A stretch of 63,927 bases of DNA, taken from a virus (lineage: Duplodnaviria > Caudoviricetes). Each line of letters opens with the position of its first letter. The first letter of the stretch is position 1. The stretch is taken from IMG/VR virus record IMGVR_UViG_3300048587_000084, positions 1 to 63,927 of that record. One strand, 5' to 3'. The position numbers were made by a program, and so were the translations under genes. Of this stretch, positions 8,917 through 17,728 are shown one piece after another. The notes under the pieces were generated by a model. It was not told the origin of the DNA and searched no databases. It was given only the letters and a program-made list of their open reading frames with translations.

Positions 8917-9369
8917 TCAGGGCATGTACGCCTTGCCCTTCGCCCCCGGCAGCAGCCCCGTCTGGATCCACTTACCAACGTCATCTCCAGACACGTTGCG
9001 TTTCAGTCCGTAACGCTTGAGCTTTGCGTCGATGCGATCTGCTGCGGATTGCGGGAACACCAGATCGTAATCGGTCACGAGTTGGGCCAGCGTCATCTGC
9101 TCCATGTGCTCGCCCAGCAGCGCGCGAACATTCTCGTGCAGCAGCATCTGCCGCTTGCGCTGTGCGTCTGCGCTGTCGGCCGTCTTGCCGTGACAGCCAC
9201 AACCGCCACCGAGGTCAGCAATGCGGATGCCGCGTCGAACGTGCTTTTCGTAGACCTTGGCGACGTCGATCACGGTCTTGGTGTCTGGCGTAATCGGCTC
9301 GCCTGCGTAGGTGATCTCAGCCGTTGCCAGCCTCAAACACTCCAGCCTGATCCCAACCAACGGATTCAC
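8917..9369 (-). CDS. hypothetical protein
   Basis: GTG 9369 overlaps the o-spanin stop; 150 aa. Confidence 0.65.
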   Translation of the reverse strand: MNPLVGIRLECLRLATAEITYAGEPITPDTKTVIDVAKVYEKHVRRGIRIADLGGGCGCHGKTADSADAQRKRQMLLHENVRALLGEHMEQMTLAQLVTDYDLVFPQSAADRIDAKLKRYGLKRNVSGDDVGKWIQTGLLPGAKGKAYMP

Positions 9370-9659
9370 TTCGTCGCCCTCTCGTTGTGCCTGTTCACGC
9401 ACGCCCACAAGGCGCGCAAGCGCTCTGCGAGCTGCGCGGCGTCGCCTGCCATCGCAACTTCTTCTGTCGTTGCATCGGAGGCGTTCGCGGCTCGCGCGGG
9501 CGCAATGTCCGGCGCGGCCGGCACCTGACAGTCGATGCGCTCAATGACCACCACGCGCTTGGTTGGCGGCGGCGGCGGCGGCGGCGGCTTGCTGGTAGGC
9601 ATCAGCGCGCAGGCGCTGCACGTCATCAGGCAGCACACAAGTAGCCAAATTGCTCGCAC
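9366..9659 (-). CDS. o-spanin (Rz1-like lipoprotein)
   Basis: signal peptide with lipobox-like TCSAC, poly-Pro, partly overlapping the i-spanin. Confidence 0.7.
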   Translation of the reverse strand: MRAIWLLVCCLMTCSACALMPTSKPPPPPPPPTKRVVVIERIDCQVPAAPDIAPARAANASDATTEEVAMAGDAAQLAERLRALWACVNRHNERATK

Positions 9660-9933
9660 TCAACGCTCCCTTGAGCTGCGCGCCGATGCTGCCGGTGCGC
9701 TGCTCGATCGTCTTGATAGATGCCTGCACGGCCACAAGATCAGCGACGGCCTCTGAGGCGCGCTCCTTTCCCGAGTCCACCTGGTCGCGCAGTTCTGCGT
9801 TGGCTTCATCGCGCTCTTGGATCGCCTGCGCCTGCATTTCAGCCAGCATTTGCGTGCGGCCATAGTCGCGGCCGACAAACGCTGCGACCGCGATGGCCAG
9901 CACAGTGATGATCCAGCGCAGCCACTCCATCAC
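9541..9933 (-). CDS. i-spanin (Rz-like)
   Basis: N-terminal TM helix, coiled coil, C-terminal Cys, in the lysis cassette. Confidence 0.7.
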   Translation of the reverse strand: MMEWLRWIITVLAIAVAAFVGRDYGRTQMLAEMQAQAIQERDEANAELRDQVDSGKERASEAVADLVAVQASIKTIEQRTGSIGAQLKGALSASNLATCVLPDDVQRLRADAYQQAAAAAAAANQARGGH

Positions 9934-10079
9934 GCGTTGAAGCCTTCAAACTCTTTGATGCGCTGGCGCCAGAAGTGTAGGTAGAACCTGCGGAGTGCCG
10001 TCTCTGCGGGCCCGATGCGAAGCGCGTGCTTGATCGCCTCGGCAAGATTTCTTGGCGCTGTCGGACTACGTAGGTTCAC
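9930..10079 (-). CDS. 49-aa hypothetical protein (below the ORF-track cutoff)
   Basis: VNLRSPTAPRNLAEAIKHALRIG...EGFNA, GTGA overlaps at both ends. Confidence 0.5.
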   Translation of the reverse strand: MNLRSPTAPRNLAEAIKHALRIGPAETALRRFYLHFWRQRIKEFEGFNA

Positions 10080-10468
10080 GCCGGGGGCACCCACGCATCA
10101 GCCGCGCGTACCTCGCGCACATACGCATCGATGAACGGCCGTGCCATCGTCTCCCACCAGCTGTCGAACACCGCATCAGCAATGCCGACAGCGCCCCAGG
10201 CTGCGCGAACCGCAACGCGCACCTCGATCAGCTTCTCGTTTCCAGTGGCCGTCGCTGCAAACTCGGCAGCGCGCACCGCCAGGCGCACGTACTCCAAGTC
10301 TGCGATCTGCTCCGGCTCCAGCGCCGCGGCCTTGTCGCCGAGCACCAGCAGCGCATTGGCATACGCCCGGCGCTCGCGCCAAAGCACCTCGATTGGCGGC
10401 AGCTTGGCCAGCTTCGCCCGGATCTTTGCCTTCGCGCTGGATACCCAGCCCTTCACCATTTCAAACAC
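10076..10468 (-). CDS. hypothetical lysis-region protein
   Basis: 130 aa with GGAG RBS. VRAAEFAATATGNEKL resembles LL-H-type holin-associated proteins. Confidence 0.65.
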   Translation of the reverse strand: MFEMVKGWVSSAKAKIRAKLAKLPPIEVLWRERRAYANALLVLGDKAAALEPEQIADLEYVRLAVRAAEFAATATGNEKLIEVRVAVRAAWGAVGIADAVFDSWWETMARPFIDAYVREVRAADAWVPPA

Positions 10469-10477
10469 AGCAATCTC

Positions 10478-10984
10478 CTACCGATCAGACGGCGCAACGG
10501 CCGGCTTGGTCGATCCAAAGTAAGGTGCTTGCGGGTAGTGCGTGTGCGACGGCGCGCCCGCCGGCCACAGCACATGCACCACGCGGCTCAGCGGAAACTC
10601 GGCGACACTCACGGCGTTTCCTTGATTCCCGCCCAGCAGCCGCACAGATCCTTTGCTCACGCCTTCCAGAAACCCGACGTGCCCAGATGCCGGCCCGCGG
10701 TCGCTCGACAGCACCACGATGGCACCGAGCGTGTTGTCAGCGATCAGGCATCGGATGCCCGGCTCGAACCCCCGCGCGCGAGGCGTTCGTGGGCTGCGAT
10801 AGCCGGCGCTCTCGATCGCAGCACAGGCAAAAGCCGCGCACCATGGGGTTTCGTCGTCGTTGACGTCGAGCGGAACTTTACCGATGTCCCAATACTGCAC
10901 AACCCGCGGATTGTGCTTCGCCCCCACAATCTCACGCGTTCCAAATTCGCCGCGCGCCCAGGCAAGCCATGCTGGGATTAGCAT
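10478..10984 (-). CDS. endolysin, TIGR02594/NlpC-P60-CHAP-like peptidase
   Basis: PAWLAWARGEFG, HNPRVVQYW, DDETPWCAAF, GHVGF, LLGGNQGNAVS. ATG 10984 in a TAATG overlap. Confidence 0.88.
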   Translation of the reverse strand: MLIPAWLAWARGEFGTREIVGAKHNPRVVQYWDIGKVPLDVNDDETPWCAAFACAAIESAGYRSPRTPRARGFEPGIRCLIADNTLGAIVVLSSDRGPASGHVGFLEGVSKGSVRLLGGNQGNAVSVAEFPLSRVVHVLWPAGAPSHTHYPQAPYFGSTKPAVAPSDR

Positions 10985-11088
10985 TACGACACCATCATTG
11001 CGATGAGACTGCGCACAGCCAACACGAACAGGCCTACAGCAACACCGAGCGTGAACGCGGATACTTCTCTGTCGCTGTATCGCTTCAC
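10984..11088 (-). CDS. 34-aa single-TM peptide between holin and endolysin
   Basis: VKRYSDREVSAFTLGVAVGLFVLAVRSLIAMMVS, with GTGA and TAATG couplings. Confidence 0.55.
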   Translation of the reverse strand: MKRYSDREVSAFTLGVAVGLFVLAVRSLIAMMVS

Positions 11089-11567
11089 GGCGATTGGCCT
11101 TTGTCATTGTGGTCAGTGCGGCGTCGGCGTGGCGCTGGCGGTAGAACGCTGCCGAACCATCCACTAAACCATTGCGACCATGCCGCCTGTCCAAGCCTGA
11201 GCGTCACCCAGGCGACGAACGCAACGACGGTCGACAGCGCCAGCATCGCCTCCGCGGTATTCGGGAGGCTCGCCTCAATCACGCGGACGCCAGCAGCTGT
11301 TTCGATCGTTACCGCATGCGTCAAGCGCTGAAACAGGAACGGTGTGATCGCGATGCTTGTTAGGCTTGACACTGCCCACTTGAGCCCGATCGACCTTCGC
11401 GTTTCTGACGGCGCCTCCGGGACGATAGCCACGGATAAAAAACCTCCGATGATTCCGCCGATGGCAGCAACCCCAAGTGCGCCGTAGTCCGGCGGCAGGA
11501 TGGCTGTTGCAACCCCGGCTGAGGCCAGTGCGTAGGCCGCCAGATCCGTCACGTGCTGATGCGACAT
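11085..11567 (-). CDS. putative holin
   Basis: several TM segments, basic C-terminus, upstream of the endolysin. Confidence 0.65.
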   Translation of the reverse strand: MSHQHVTDLAAYALASAGVATAILPPDYGALGVAAIGGIIGGFLSVAIVPEAPSETRRSIGLKWAVSSLTSIAITPFLFQRLTHAVTIETAAGVRVIEASLPNTAEAMLALSTVVAFVAWVTLRLGQAAWSQWFSGWFGSVLPPAPRRRRTDHNDKGQSP

Positions 11568-11572
11568 TGTCG

Positions 11573-12046
11573 TCAGCCGCCGCAGTACAAACCAAATTCA
11601 CGGCACATGCGTGGGTAGTGCGGTCCAGATGGTTGCGGCAGGGGCGTCACTGCAGCGCAACTGTCCTCGCCAACGTATGAGCCTGCCTGGAGCCACGTCC
11701 CACTTTCTCCGTTCAGGCTCAAGGTCAACCCACCAGCGCCATGAATTAGCGTCACAGAACCGACTGGCGTGGTCATCGGCCAGCGATACAGCTGCAACGT
11801 CAGCGGCGACTGATACGCTTGGTTGGGTTGCGCAACCCCAGTGACGTAGGACTGACCGCCCTGGACGCACATCACCGACACGCGGTGGTTGCAGTACGCG
11901 CCGGCGTTGATCTTGTCGATCATCACGTTGCACTGGCTGTGCACGCCAGTCTGCAGCCAGCCTGAATCGGTTGGCACCAGCGGCGCAGCAGCAACAGTCT
12001 CGCACAGCATGACGCACGCGGCGATTGCCGCGATCACGTGTCGCAT
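11573..12046 (-). CDS. secreted Cys-containing hypothetical protein (cargo)
   Basis: Sec-type signal MRHVIAAIAACVMLCETVAAA, GGAG RBS, 157 aa. Confidence 0.75.
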   Translation of the reverse strand: MRHVIAAIAACVMLCETVAAAPLVPTDSGWLQTGVHSQCNVMIDKINAGAYCNHRVSVMCVQGGQSYVTGVAQPNQAYQSPLTLQLYRWPMTTPVGSVTLIHGAGGLTLSLNGESGTWLQAGSYVGEDSCAAVTPLPQPSGPHYPRMCREFGLYCGG

Positions 12047-12059
12047 GACGTACTCCAGT

Positions 12060-12134
12060 TGGTAGCAGGGGCCGGACTCGAACCGGCGACTTCCGGGGTA
12101 TGAGCCCAGCGATCTGCCGCTGATCTACCCTGCG
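12060..12134 (-). tRNA. tRNA-Met(CAT), initiator (fMet) type
   Basis: CGCAGGG-TA-GATC...GATC-G-CTGGG-CTCATAC-CCCGG-AAGTC-GCCGG-TTCGAGT-CCGGC-CCCTGCT-ACCA. Shows the C1:U72 mismatch, A11:U24, three GC pairs in the anticodon stem, and an encoded CCA. Confidence 0.92.
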
Positions 12135-12142
12135 ATAGAAAT

Positions 12143-12160
12143 GCCGCGCGCCAGCGCGGC
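12143..12160 (-). terminator. putative tR'-like terminator between the Q-like gene and the late genes
   Basis: gccgcgc-tggc-gcgcggc followed by ATTTCT on the minus strand. Confidence 0.45.
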
Positions 12161-12264
12161 GAATGCACGAATGGCGTAACCAGCTAGGCTCTGGGTTTCA
12201 TCGTACCCTGACAGAATGGCATGGAATAGTGGTCCGTTTCACGAGCCATTTTTGCGACCGCCTC

Positions 12265-13038
12265 TCACGGCTCAGCCAGCTGATCTCGCAGGTGCCGAAC
12301 AGCATCCCTGCGCGCCGTGTATGCCTCTTGCCACATCCAGTGATACGCCGGCTTCACGGCCCTCGCGTACACCCCGCGGCTCACGCCAAGCAGATCCGCG
12401 CGCTCGCGCTCGCTGTAGCGCGTAAGCCCTGTACCAAAGCACCGCGGGCATGGTACCTCCCGTAGCCGGTCATCGCGCACGTAAGGCATTACGCCGGTGC
12501 CTGAGCAATCAGGGCAGCGCTCATCCTCGCGAAACTCGAACAGCACCCCATTGGCGATGCGTGCCATCAGCGTGCCGGTCAGGTCTTTCCACACCCTGTG
12601 CTGCGCCTCGATGACCTCGTCCGTGGCGCGACGCATGATGATGCGGGCTTTGTCGTTGCATATCTTCCCTGCCTGGCGCGCCATGTCCCGCTCCTCGCGC
12701 ACAATCTCCGCCAAGTGCAGCGCGTCCGAGCGCGCGCGGTGTTCGCGCCTCAGACGGTCGCGCGTCTGCTGCTGCATCTGCTGCGCCGACAGCCACTGCG
12801 GGATCTCGTCATCGCTGTCGCGTTGGTCGCCCATCCAGCGCTGCCACATTTCTTCGGTGGCATCACTGTGTAGCGCCAGTTGCGTGCCCCATCGCATCCA
12901 CTCCTTGTCGTGAGGGCGGCCGTCGTAGTCGACCGGTGCGGCAGCGCGTGAAGTGAAGACGATTGCTGCAATCAGATGCTGGCCGCAGCGCTTGTCGACC
13001 AGCGACAGCAGCCCACCGATTCCACCGTGCTGCATCAT
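12265..13038 (-). CDS. late antitermination protein (Q-like, Zn finger)
   Basis: CPDCSGTG...CPRCFGTG then an HTH (ERADLLGVSRGVY); last early gene before the tRNA and lysis genes. Confidence 0.75.
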   Translation of the reverse strand: MMQHGGIGGLLSLVDKRCGQHLIAAIVFTSRAAAPVDYDGRPHDKEWMRWGTQLALHSDATEEMWQRWMGDQRDSDDEIPQWLSAQQMQQQTRDRLRREHRARSDALHLAEIVREERDMARQAGKICNDKARIIMRRATDEVIEAQHRVWKDLTGTLMARIANGVLFEFREDERCPDCSGTGVMPYVRDDRLREVPCPRCFGTGLTRYSERERADLLGVSRGVYARAVKPAYHWMWQEAYTARRDAVRHLRDQLAEP

Positions 13039-13511
13039 CGTAAACCCCCAGGCCTGCGCAGTTCGAGAGCAGTTTCCACATCGGCGATGATCGATCGGTC
13101 TTTCAGGTCGGCTGACGTGCACGGGAACACAATCCAGCCCATCAGCTGCGCTCTGCGACTCTTGCGACAGTCGCGCTTGAAGCCATCTGGCCGCACGTGG
13201 GCGCCGCGGCTATGCACCCCGCCCTGAACCTCGATGGCCACGCGCGCGGACAGCCACGCGAAGTCCAGTTCCCACCTACGTGGGGTATCAAATTGATAGT
13301 TGCGCTCGAACCCACCTAACCCGGCCTGCATCAGATCCACTACCAGCGCGCCCTCAAGATCCGGCGCGGCGCTGGACCGCTCACGCTTTGCCGACAGCGC
13401 AGCGCCAGCATTTGCCGGCTTCGGATCTGTAGGCAACTCGACGCGGGCAGGATCTTTGCCCGTGGTCTTCTTCCACGCGTCGTACTGCTCAGGCGTCCAA
13501 CGGATTGTCAC
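13035..13511 (-). CDS. PD-(D/E)xK nuclease, DUF559/Vsr-like
   Basis: ERNYQF, RRWELDFAW, VAIEVQGGVH, GWIVF. Confidence 0.8.
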   Translation of the reverse strand: MTIRWTPEQYDAWKKTTGKDPARVELPTDPKPANAGAALSAKRERSSAAPDLEGALVVDLMQAGLGGFERNYQFDTPRRWELDFAWLSARVAIEVQGGVHSRGAHVRPDGFKRDCRKSRRAQLMGWIVFPCTSADLKDRSIIADVETALELRRPGGLR

Positions 13512-13753
13512 TCCGAGCCCCCGTCATAGACCGGCGGGATGGCGTAGTGGGCAATTGGCGTCCAGCCCAGATAGAGCATCCGCGCCATTTCCTCGCTCCA
13601 TGCCTGCATCCGCCCTGCGTGGAACGTGCAGGGCCCGGCTGTGCGCGCGCCGTTGGTAAACTGCAGCGTCACCATGTAGATCCCTGGCTGCTGCGGCAGG
13701 CCGCGCATCCATGTCGGCAGTGCCTGGGCTTTTTGTGCAGCCACTACAGCCAC
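13508..13753 (-). CDS. hypothetical protein
   Basis: LPQQPGIYMVT motif; GTG start coupled to the upstream stop. Confidence 0.55.
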   Translation of the reverse strand: MAVVAAQKAQALPTWMRGLPQQPGIYMVTLQFTNGARTAGPCTFHAGRMQAWSEEMARMLYLGWTPIAHYAIPPVYDGGSE

Positions 13754-13968
13754 TTCGCCAGCAGGCGCGCGACCAATGACGGCGCCTGCTTGGTGTCCTC
13801 CGGCTGCTGCGCGGCGCGCTCGCAGGCGGTTTCGATCTGACGCTCGGTAAACAGCGCCGGCACCCACTCCCCGCCTTGAGAGCGCACCCAGCACGGCACG
13901 TAGCGCGTGGCCTCGGCAAACCCGCGTTGCGCGTTGGGTTTCGGTGTTTTCACGATGATTCCGCTCAT
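13744..13968 (-). CDS. hypothetical protein
   Basis: ATG with AGGAG RBS, 74 aa, PALFTERQIETACERA. Confidence 0.7.
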   Translation of the reverse strand: MSGIIVKTPKPNAQRGFAEATRYVPCWVRSQGGEWVPALFTERQIETACERAAQQPEDTKQAPSLVARLLAKWL

Positions 13969-14002
13969 GTTTGGCTCCTGTAGTGATATGCGCGGGCACT
14001 GG

Positions 14003-14515
14003 TCATGCCGGCGCTGCAATACGCATTAACGCCTGCACCAGCGCCGAAGCGCGCGGCGCATCGCTGTCTTGCTTTGGTGGCGTGTAGGCCGCATCCGATG
14101 CCAGCGCGCATATGGCAGCCTCCACCAATGCGCCTGCTGCCTTGAGCTTCATCCCGGCCCGGCGATACGTTGCACGCTGATCCTCGCTGAACGTGAGTCC
14201 GGCGTTGCGGGCGGCCTCGAACAGTTTGACCGCAAGCTCGGCGCTGGCTGCCTCCGGCAACGGTGCCGACTGCACCTCCCGCGCAATGGCCCACAACCGT
14301 TCGTGCCTCACCAGCACACCCGTTGCTTTCGGCCACCCTGCCATGTTGGTTGCGCCGAAGTGGCCAGCACAGACGCGTTGTCCGCTCTCGGTCCTGATGG
14401 TTCCAGGGAGCGGGCAGCCATGGGCCGAACAGGCCTCAATTTGCCGCTGCGCTGGTGCCTGCGCCTGCCGCTGGTCGAACTGGTCGACCGGTGCTTCCCT
14501 TCGCTGCCGGCTCAT
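14003..14515 (-). CDS. hypothetical protein (possible helicase loader or Zn-binding protein)
   Basis: CSAHGCP...CAGH; directly after the initiator. Confidence 0.65.
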   Translation of the reverse strand: MSRQRREAPVDQFDQRQAQAPAQRQIEACSAHGCPLPGTIRTESGQRVCAGHFGATNMAGWPKATGVLVRHERLWAIAREVQSAPLPEAASAELAVKLFEAARNAGLTFSEDQRATYRRAGMKLKAAGALVEAAICALASDAAYTPPKQDSDAPRASALVQALMRIAAPA

Positions 14516-15476
14516 GGAAATGGCCCTCGATGATCTTGGTGAAGTTCTTTGGAGCGAACAGCCAGTCGAACGTCAGTGCGAATGGTCTGGAGCTGCGGTC
14601 CCGCGGCGGCTTCTTGCCCATCAGGAACTCGCTGGCTCTGCAGTACCGGAACAGGCGGTCAAACCACGCCATGCCGTCGTCCTGCGTTGGCCAGCGGTAG
14701 TGCGCGGCCTTCTCTCGCCAGCGGGCTGACACGGCGCTGCTGCGGTGGGGCGGCCAGTCGATTGGCTGGTGCTGGTCGGGCATGATCTCGGCCCACAGGT
14801 CCATCATCCGCGGCCCTGGCGAGGCAGGCAGCTCGGCCCGCTTGGGCTTGGCAGCATCGGCATCGTCGCTGGTGGCGCTGGGCGGCGAGTCGGCAGACTC
14901 GTCGGCCCTGACCGTCAGGTCAGAATCTTTTGATCTTGGAGACGGAGACGGAGACGGAGACGGAGACGGAGCAGAGCGCGCAGCACAATTCAGCATGCTA
15001 GGCTCTGCTACTAGCAGACTTGCAGCATGCTGCTTATCTGCTACGTCGTTGTTTTCGTCATCGTGCGCGTCTGCTACACCGATGCGCGCGGCGTACTCAG
15101 GCATGCGTTCAGCAGCGCCGTCGCGTCCATGGTGCTTGCACAGCGCACGCCATGCAGCACGCTGGCGGCGGTCATCTGATCCTGCCGACCATGGCTGATG
15201 CTCTGCCCAGTCGTGCACCTGGTAGCTGCCAGCCTCGCCGTCGATGAACTTGACGGCAGCCAGCGCACTCACCAGCGCACCGTCTTCGCCATCCCAGTCT
15301 GCAGCCAACTCGATGTCCTCATCGGACATTCCGGACAGATCGCCTGTAGGGCGGCTCTCTCTGCACCACAGGAATAGGCACACCAGCGCCCACGGCCCGG
15401 CGGGCCCGAGGCGCTTTTTCAGCTTCTTGGTCTTTGGGTGCGCCGGAAATCCGGTAGCAAGCCGTGCGTCGCTCAT
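14436..15476 (-). CDS. phage replication initiator (O-like)
   Basis: HPKTKKLKKRLG, YQVHDWAEHQP, (PS)n linker, C-terminal FLMGK...TFDWLFAPKNFTKIIEG. Confidence 0.82.
   Translation of the reverse strand: MSDARLATGFPAHPKTKKLKKRLGPAGPWALVCLFLWCRESRPTGDLSGMSDEDIELAADWDGEDGALVSALAAVKFIDGEAGSYQVHDWAEHQPWSAGSDDRRQRAAWRALCKHHGRDGAAERMPEYAARIGVADAHDDENNDVADKQHAASLLVAEPSMLNCAARSAPSPSPSPSPSPRSKDSDLTVRADESADSPPSATSDDADAAKPKRAELPASPGPRMMDLWAEIMPDQHQPIDWPPHRSSAVSARWREKAAHYRWPTQDDGMAWFDRLFRYCRASEFLMGKKPPRDRSSRPFALTFDWLFAPKNFTKIIEGHFHEPAAKGSTGRPVRPAAGAGTSAAAN
14938..14971. repeat. (GGAGAC)5 in-frame hexamer repeat encoding PSPSPSPSPSP
   Basis: seen directly. Confidence 0.9.
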
Positions 15477-15478
15477 GG

Positions 15479-16195
15479 CTACGCCCCTGCGCGATCCAGA
15501 TCCCCAGCAATCTCCCGGAGGTAATGCGCCACGTTTGGCGGCATCAGCCCGGCCAGCGTCGTGAGGACGCTCTGCTTGATTCCCAGGTCAGCGATCACCG
15601 GCGGCGGCCGCTTGGCCCGCTCGATCAGCTGCTCAATGGCATGCAACTCATTCCCGACCGTGTCGACCCTTTCCTCTACGTCAGGCTCGCCAGCGCGGTC
15701 CGGATCGTCGCTGGCTTCGTCGTCCGGCCAGATGCGCTCGGCGATTGCAGCGCACTCTGCCTTGATGTCCAGCGCTGGCGGCTCTGTCGCGCGCGCGGCG
15801 CTGTGCTTCCGCACAATGTCGCCCAACGTGAGCTTTGGCGGCTCAGGCGCCGGGATCGGCTCAACTCGAATCGGCACCGAGCCAGCTGCAGGCGTGGTGA
15901 TCTCCATGCGCGTCGCTGTAGGCGCACGCGCAGTAGTGCGTGCATCCTCCACCAGCGCCATGCACTCCTTGATGCCAGTGCCTGCCCGCATGCGCCGGCT
16001 GATCTGGCCTGCCTGAGCCAGCGTCCATATGGCCTTTGCAATCGCATTGCGGCCGTCGTGCGTGTCGCACCCCAATGCCTTGGCGATCTCAGCTGCCGTC
16101 CGCCACGCATTGTTGCTGCCGATCAGCGACCGCAGGTGCAGGTACACGTTGCTTGGCGCTGCCGGGCTTGTTGCTACCGGTTTGACTTCGCTCAT
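15479..16195 (-). CDS. hypothetical protein with N-terminal winged-HTH
   Basis: WRTAAEIAKALG...LAQAGQI; GAGGA RBS. Confidence 0.65.
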   Translation of the reverse strand: MSEVKPVATSPAAPSNVYLHLRSLIGSNNAWRTAAEIAKALGCDTHDGRNAIAKAIWTLAQAGQISRRMRAGTGIKECMALVEDARTTARAPTATRMEITTPAAGSVPIRVEPIPAPEPPKLTLGDIVRKHSAARATEPPALDIKAECAAIAERIWPDDEASDDPDRAGEPDVEERVDTVGNELHAIEQLIERAKRPPPVIADLGIKQSVLTTLAGLMPPNVAHYLREIAGDLDRAGA

Positions 16196-16602
16196 CACTT
16201 CTTCCTCGCCCACCCGAAGCGCGGCCGCATCGGCAGCACCCACAGGTGACGCATGTTGGCGACGTCAACGACGTCGTCGTCAGGGGGGAACAGCTCGACG
16301 GCCCAACGGTCGCCGTAGCCGCATTCGGATTTCAGCCTCTGCATTTCGTCCCAGCTGATGCCGTCCTCCCAGCGATGACCGCCGGGCTTGAGCGCAGCTC
16401 GGATGATGGAAAGCCGGTGCCCTTGCGGGGCCCGGTAGATCTGGACCAGATGCGTGCGGCTGCGCCACACGTCGATCAGGCCTTCTGGCCGCGATTCGCG
16501 CGCCGGCCAATGTTCTTGCGGCAGCCGCGTCAACTTGACCGGATACCGCTCGGATTCCCGCTCCAGCGCGGCCGCATAGTCGGGATGCGCGCGCAGGTCC
16601 AT
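16195..16602 (-). CDS. conserved phage protein (DUF7694-like)
   Basis: ISWDEMQRLKSECGYGDRWAVELFPPDDDVVDVANMRHLW. Confidence 0.75.
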   Translation of the reverse strand: MDLRAHPDYAAALERESERYPVKLTRLPQEHWPARESRPEGLIDVWRSRTHLVQIYRAPQGHRLSIIRAALKPGGHRWEDGISWDEMQRLKSECGYGDRWAVELFPPDDDVVDVANMRHLWVLPMRPRFGWARKK

Positions 16603-17243
16603 TACGCCCACCACCGGCGGCCGGGGATAACCATCATGGTTAGTTCTTCCAGCGCCCAGTGCAGCGGCCCCACGTCGTACACCAGCCCGAAGTGCGCGCG
16701 GCGGATGTGGTTGAGGAACGCGCCGAACTCGGTATCACCTTCGTCGTAGGCTGCTTTCAGGAAACGCTTGTTCAACTCCAGATCGAGCGTCGGCAGGTAC
16801 GTGCCCACCATCCGCTCACGCCGGGCACACTCGCGCACGATGAACCATCGCGCTTTGGCCAGATCCTCGGCCATGCGGCCCTTGTAGGGCGCGCGCCAGA
16901 CGTACTGCAGCGCCTGCGCCAGATTCGCGGACAGGTGTTCGGAGATCTCGATGCACTCGACGCCCGATCGATGGGCGGTGTAGTGCGATGGCCTGTTGAC
17001 CGGGTCTGTGCCGTCACCGGCGGGCGCACTGGGCGCGGGCGCAGCCGCGTTGTCCCCAGGCGCCGCACCGGGCAAGGTCACACTCGCCGGAGGAGTGCCG
17101 AGCGAGGAAGCACCCGGAACAGGTTGCGCAGTGCCCTTGCTGCCGCTGTTAGGCTGACCGGCGGCTGCAGCGCCATGTGCGTCCGGGCTGGCACCCGCGA
17201 TTCCTGGCGACGCACTCGCCTGGCCGCCGTGAGCAACAATCAC
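16602..17243 (-). CDS. DUF3310 (SaV-like) domain protein
   Basis: DPVNRPSHYT, ECIEI, YVWRAPYKG, EDLAKARWF. Confidence 0.85.
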   Translation of the reverse strand: MIVAHGGQASASPGIAGASPDAHGAAAAGQPNSGSKGTAQPVPGASSLGTPPASVTLPGAAPGDNAAAPAPSAPAGDGTDPVNRPSHYTAHRSGVECIEISEHLSANLAQALQYVWRAPYKGRMAEDLAKARWFIVRECARRERMVGTYLPTLDLELNKRFLKAAYDEGDTEFGAFLNHIRRAHFGLVYDVGPLHWALEELTMMVIPGRRWWA

Positions 17244-17728
17244 AGCGGCCCCTCCCTGCTAAAGCTCGTGCGCGTCGGCGATTCAGCCTCGATGCGCGCG
17301 TCGTGTTGGTTGCGTTGCTCGATCAGCTGCCGCATGTCGCGCAGCTCGCCGATGTCGTGCTGGATCTGACTCAGGCGCGCGTCGATGCCCTCCACCAGCT
17401 CGGCATCAAACTCGCCATCTGGCACCTCGACCAGCCGGAAACCCGCGGACGCAGCCCAGAAAGCCAGCAGCGCATTCCCGCCGAACTGGCATGACAGCGC
17501 GATGATCTCCTGGGTGCGGAACCGCTCCCCGTGCGTCCCGTTCAGCGCGTGTCGGAACTTGCTCACCGCGCCGTCCAGGCTCAAGGTCTGCGGCCAGAAC
17601 CCGGCATCGATCAGCCACGCGGCCATGACCTTGACCGCCTCGGCCCGGTGATCGAAGTCCGCGCGAAACGCCTCGTGAGCGCGCGTCGACCAGCGATCGT
17701 TGATCACGCAGCGGGGGCGGTGTTTCAT
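17240..17728 (-). CDS. putative CII-like regulator
   Basis: 162 aa, downstream of cro, helical (SKFRHALNG...ERFRTQEI). Confidence 0.45.
   Translation of the reverse strand: MKHRPRCVINDRWSTRAHEAFRADFDHRAEAVKVMAAWLIDAGFWPQTLSLDGAVSKFRHALNGTHGERFRTQEIIALSCQFGGNALLAFWAASAGFRLVEVPDGEFDAELVEGIDARLSQIQHDIGELRDMRQLIEQRNQHDARIEAESPTRTSFSREGPL

Noticed and set aside
9565-9588. (GGC)n repeat
   Set aside because: Encodes the poly-Pro stretch expected of an o-spanin.
12195-12230. Late promoter pR'
   Set aside because: A TACGAT -10-like hexamer exists on the minus strand, but no convincing -35 at proper spacing, so it was not annotated.
14938-14971. GGAGAC microsatellite as a phase-variation switch
   Set aside because: The unit is a multiple of 3 and encodes the (PS)n linker common in phage initiators, so slippage would not shift the frame.
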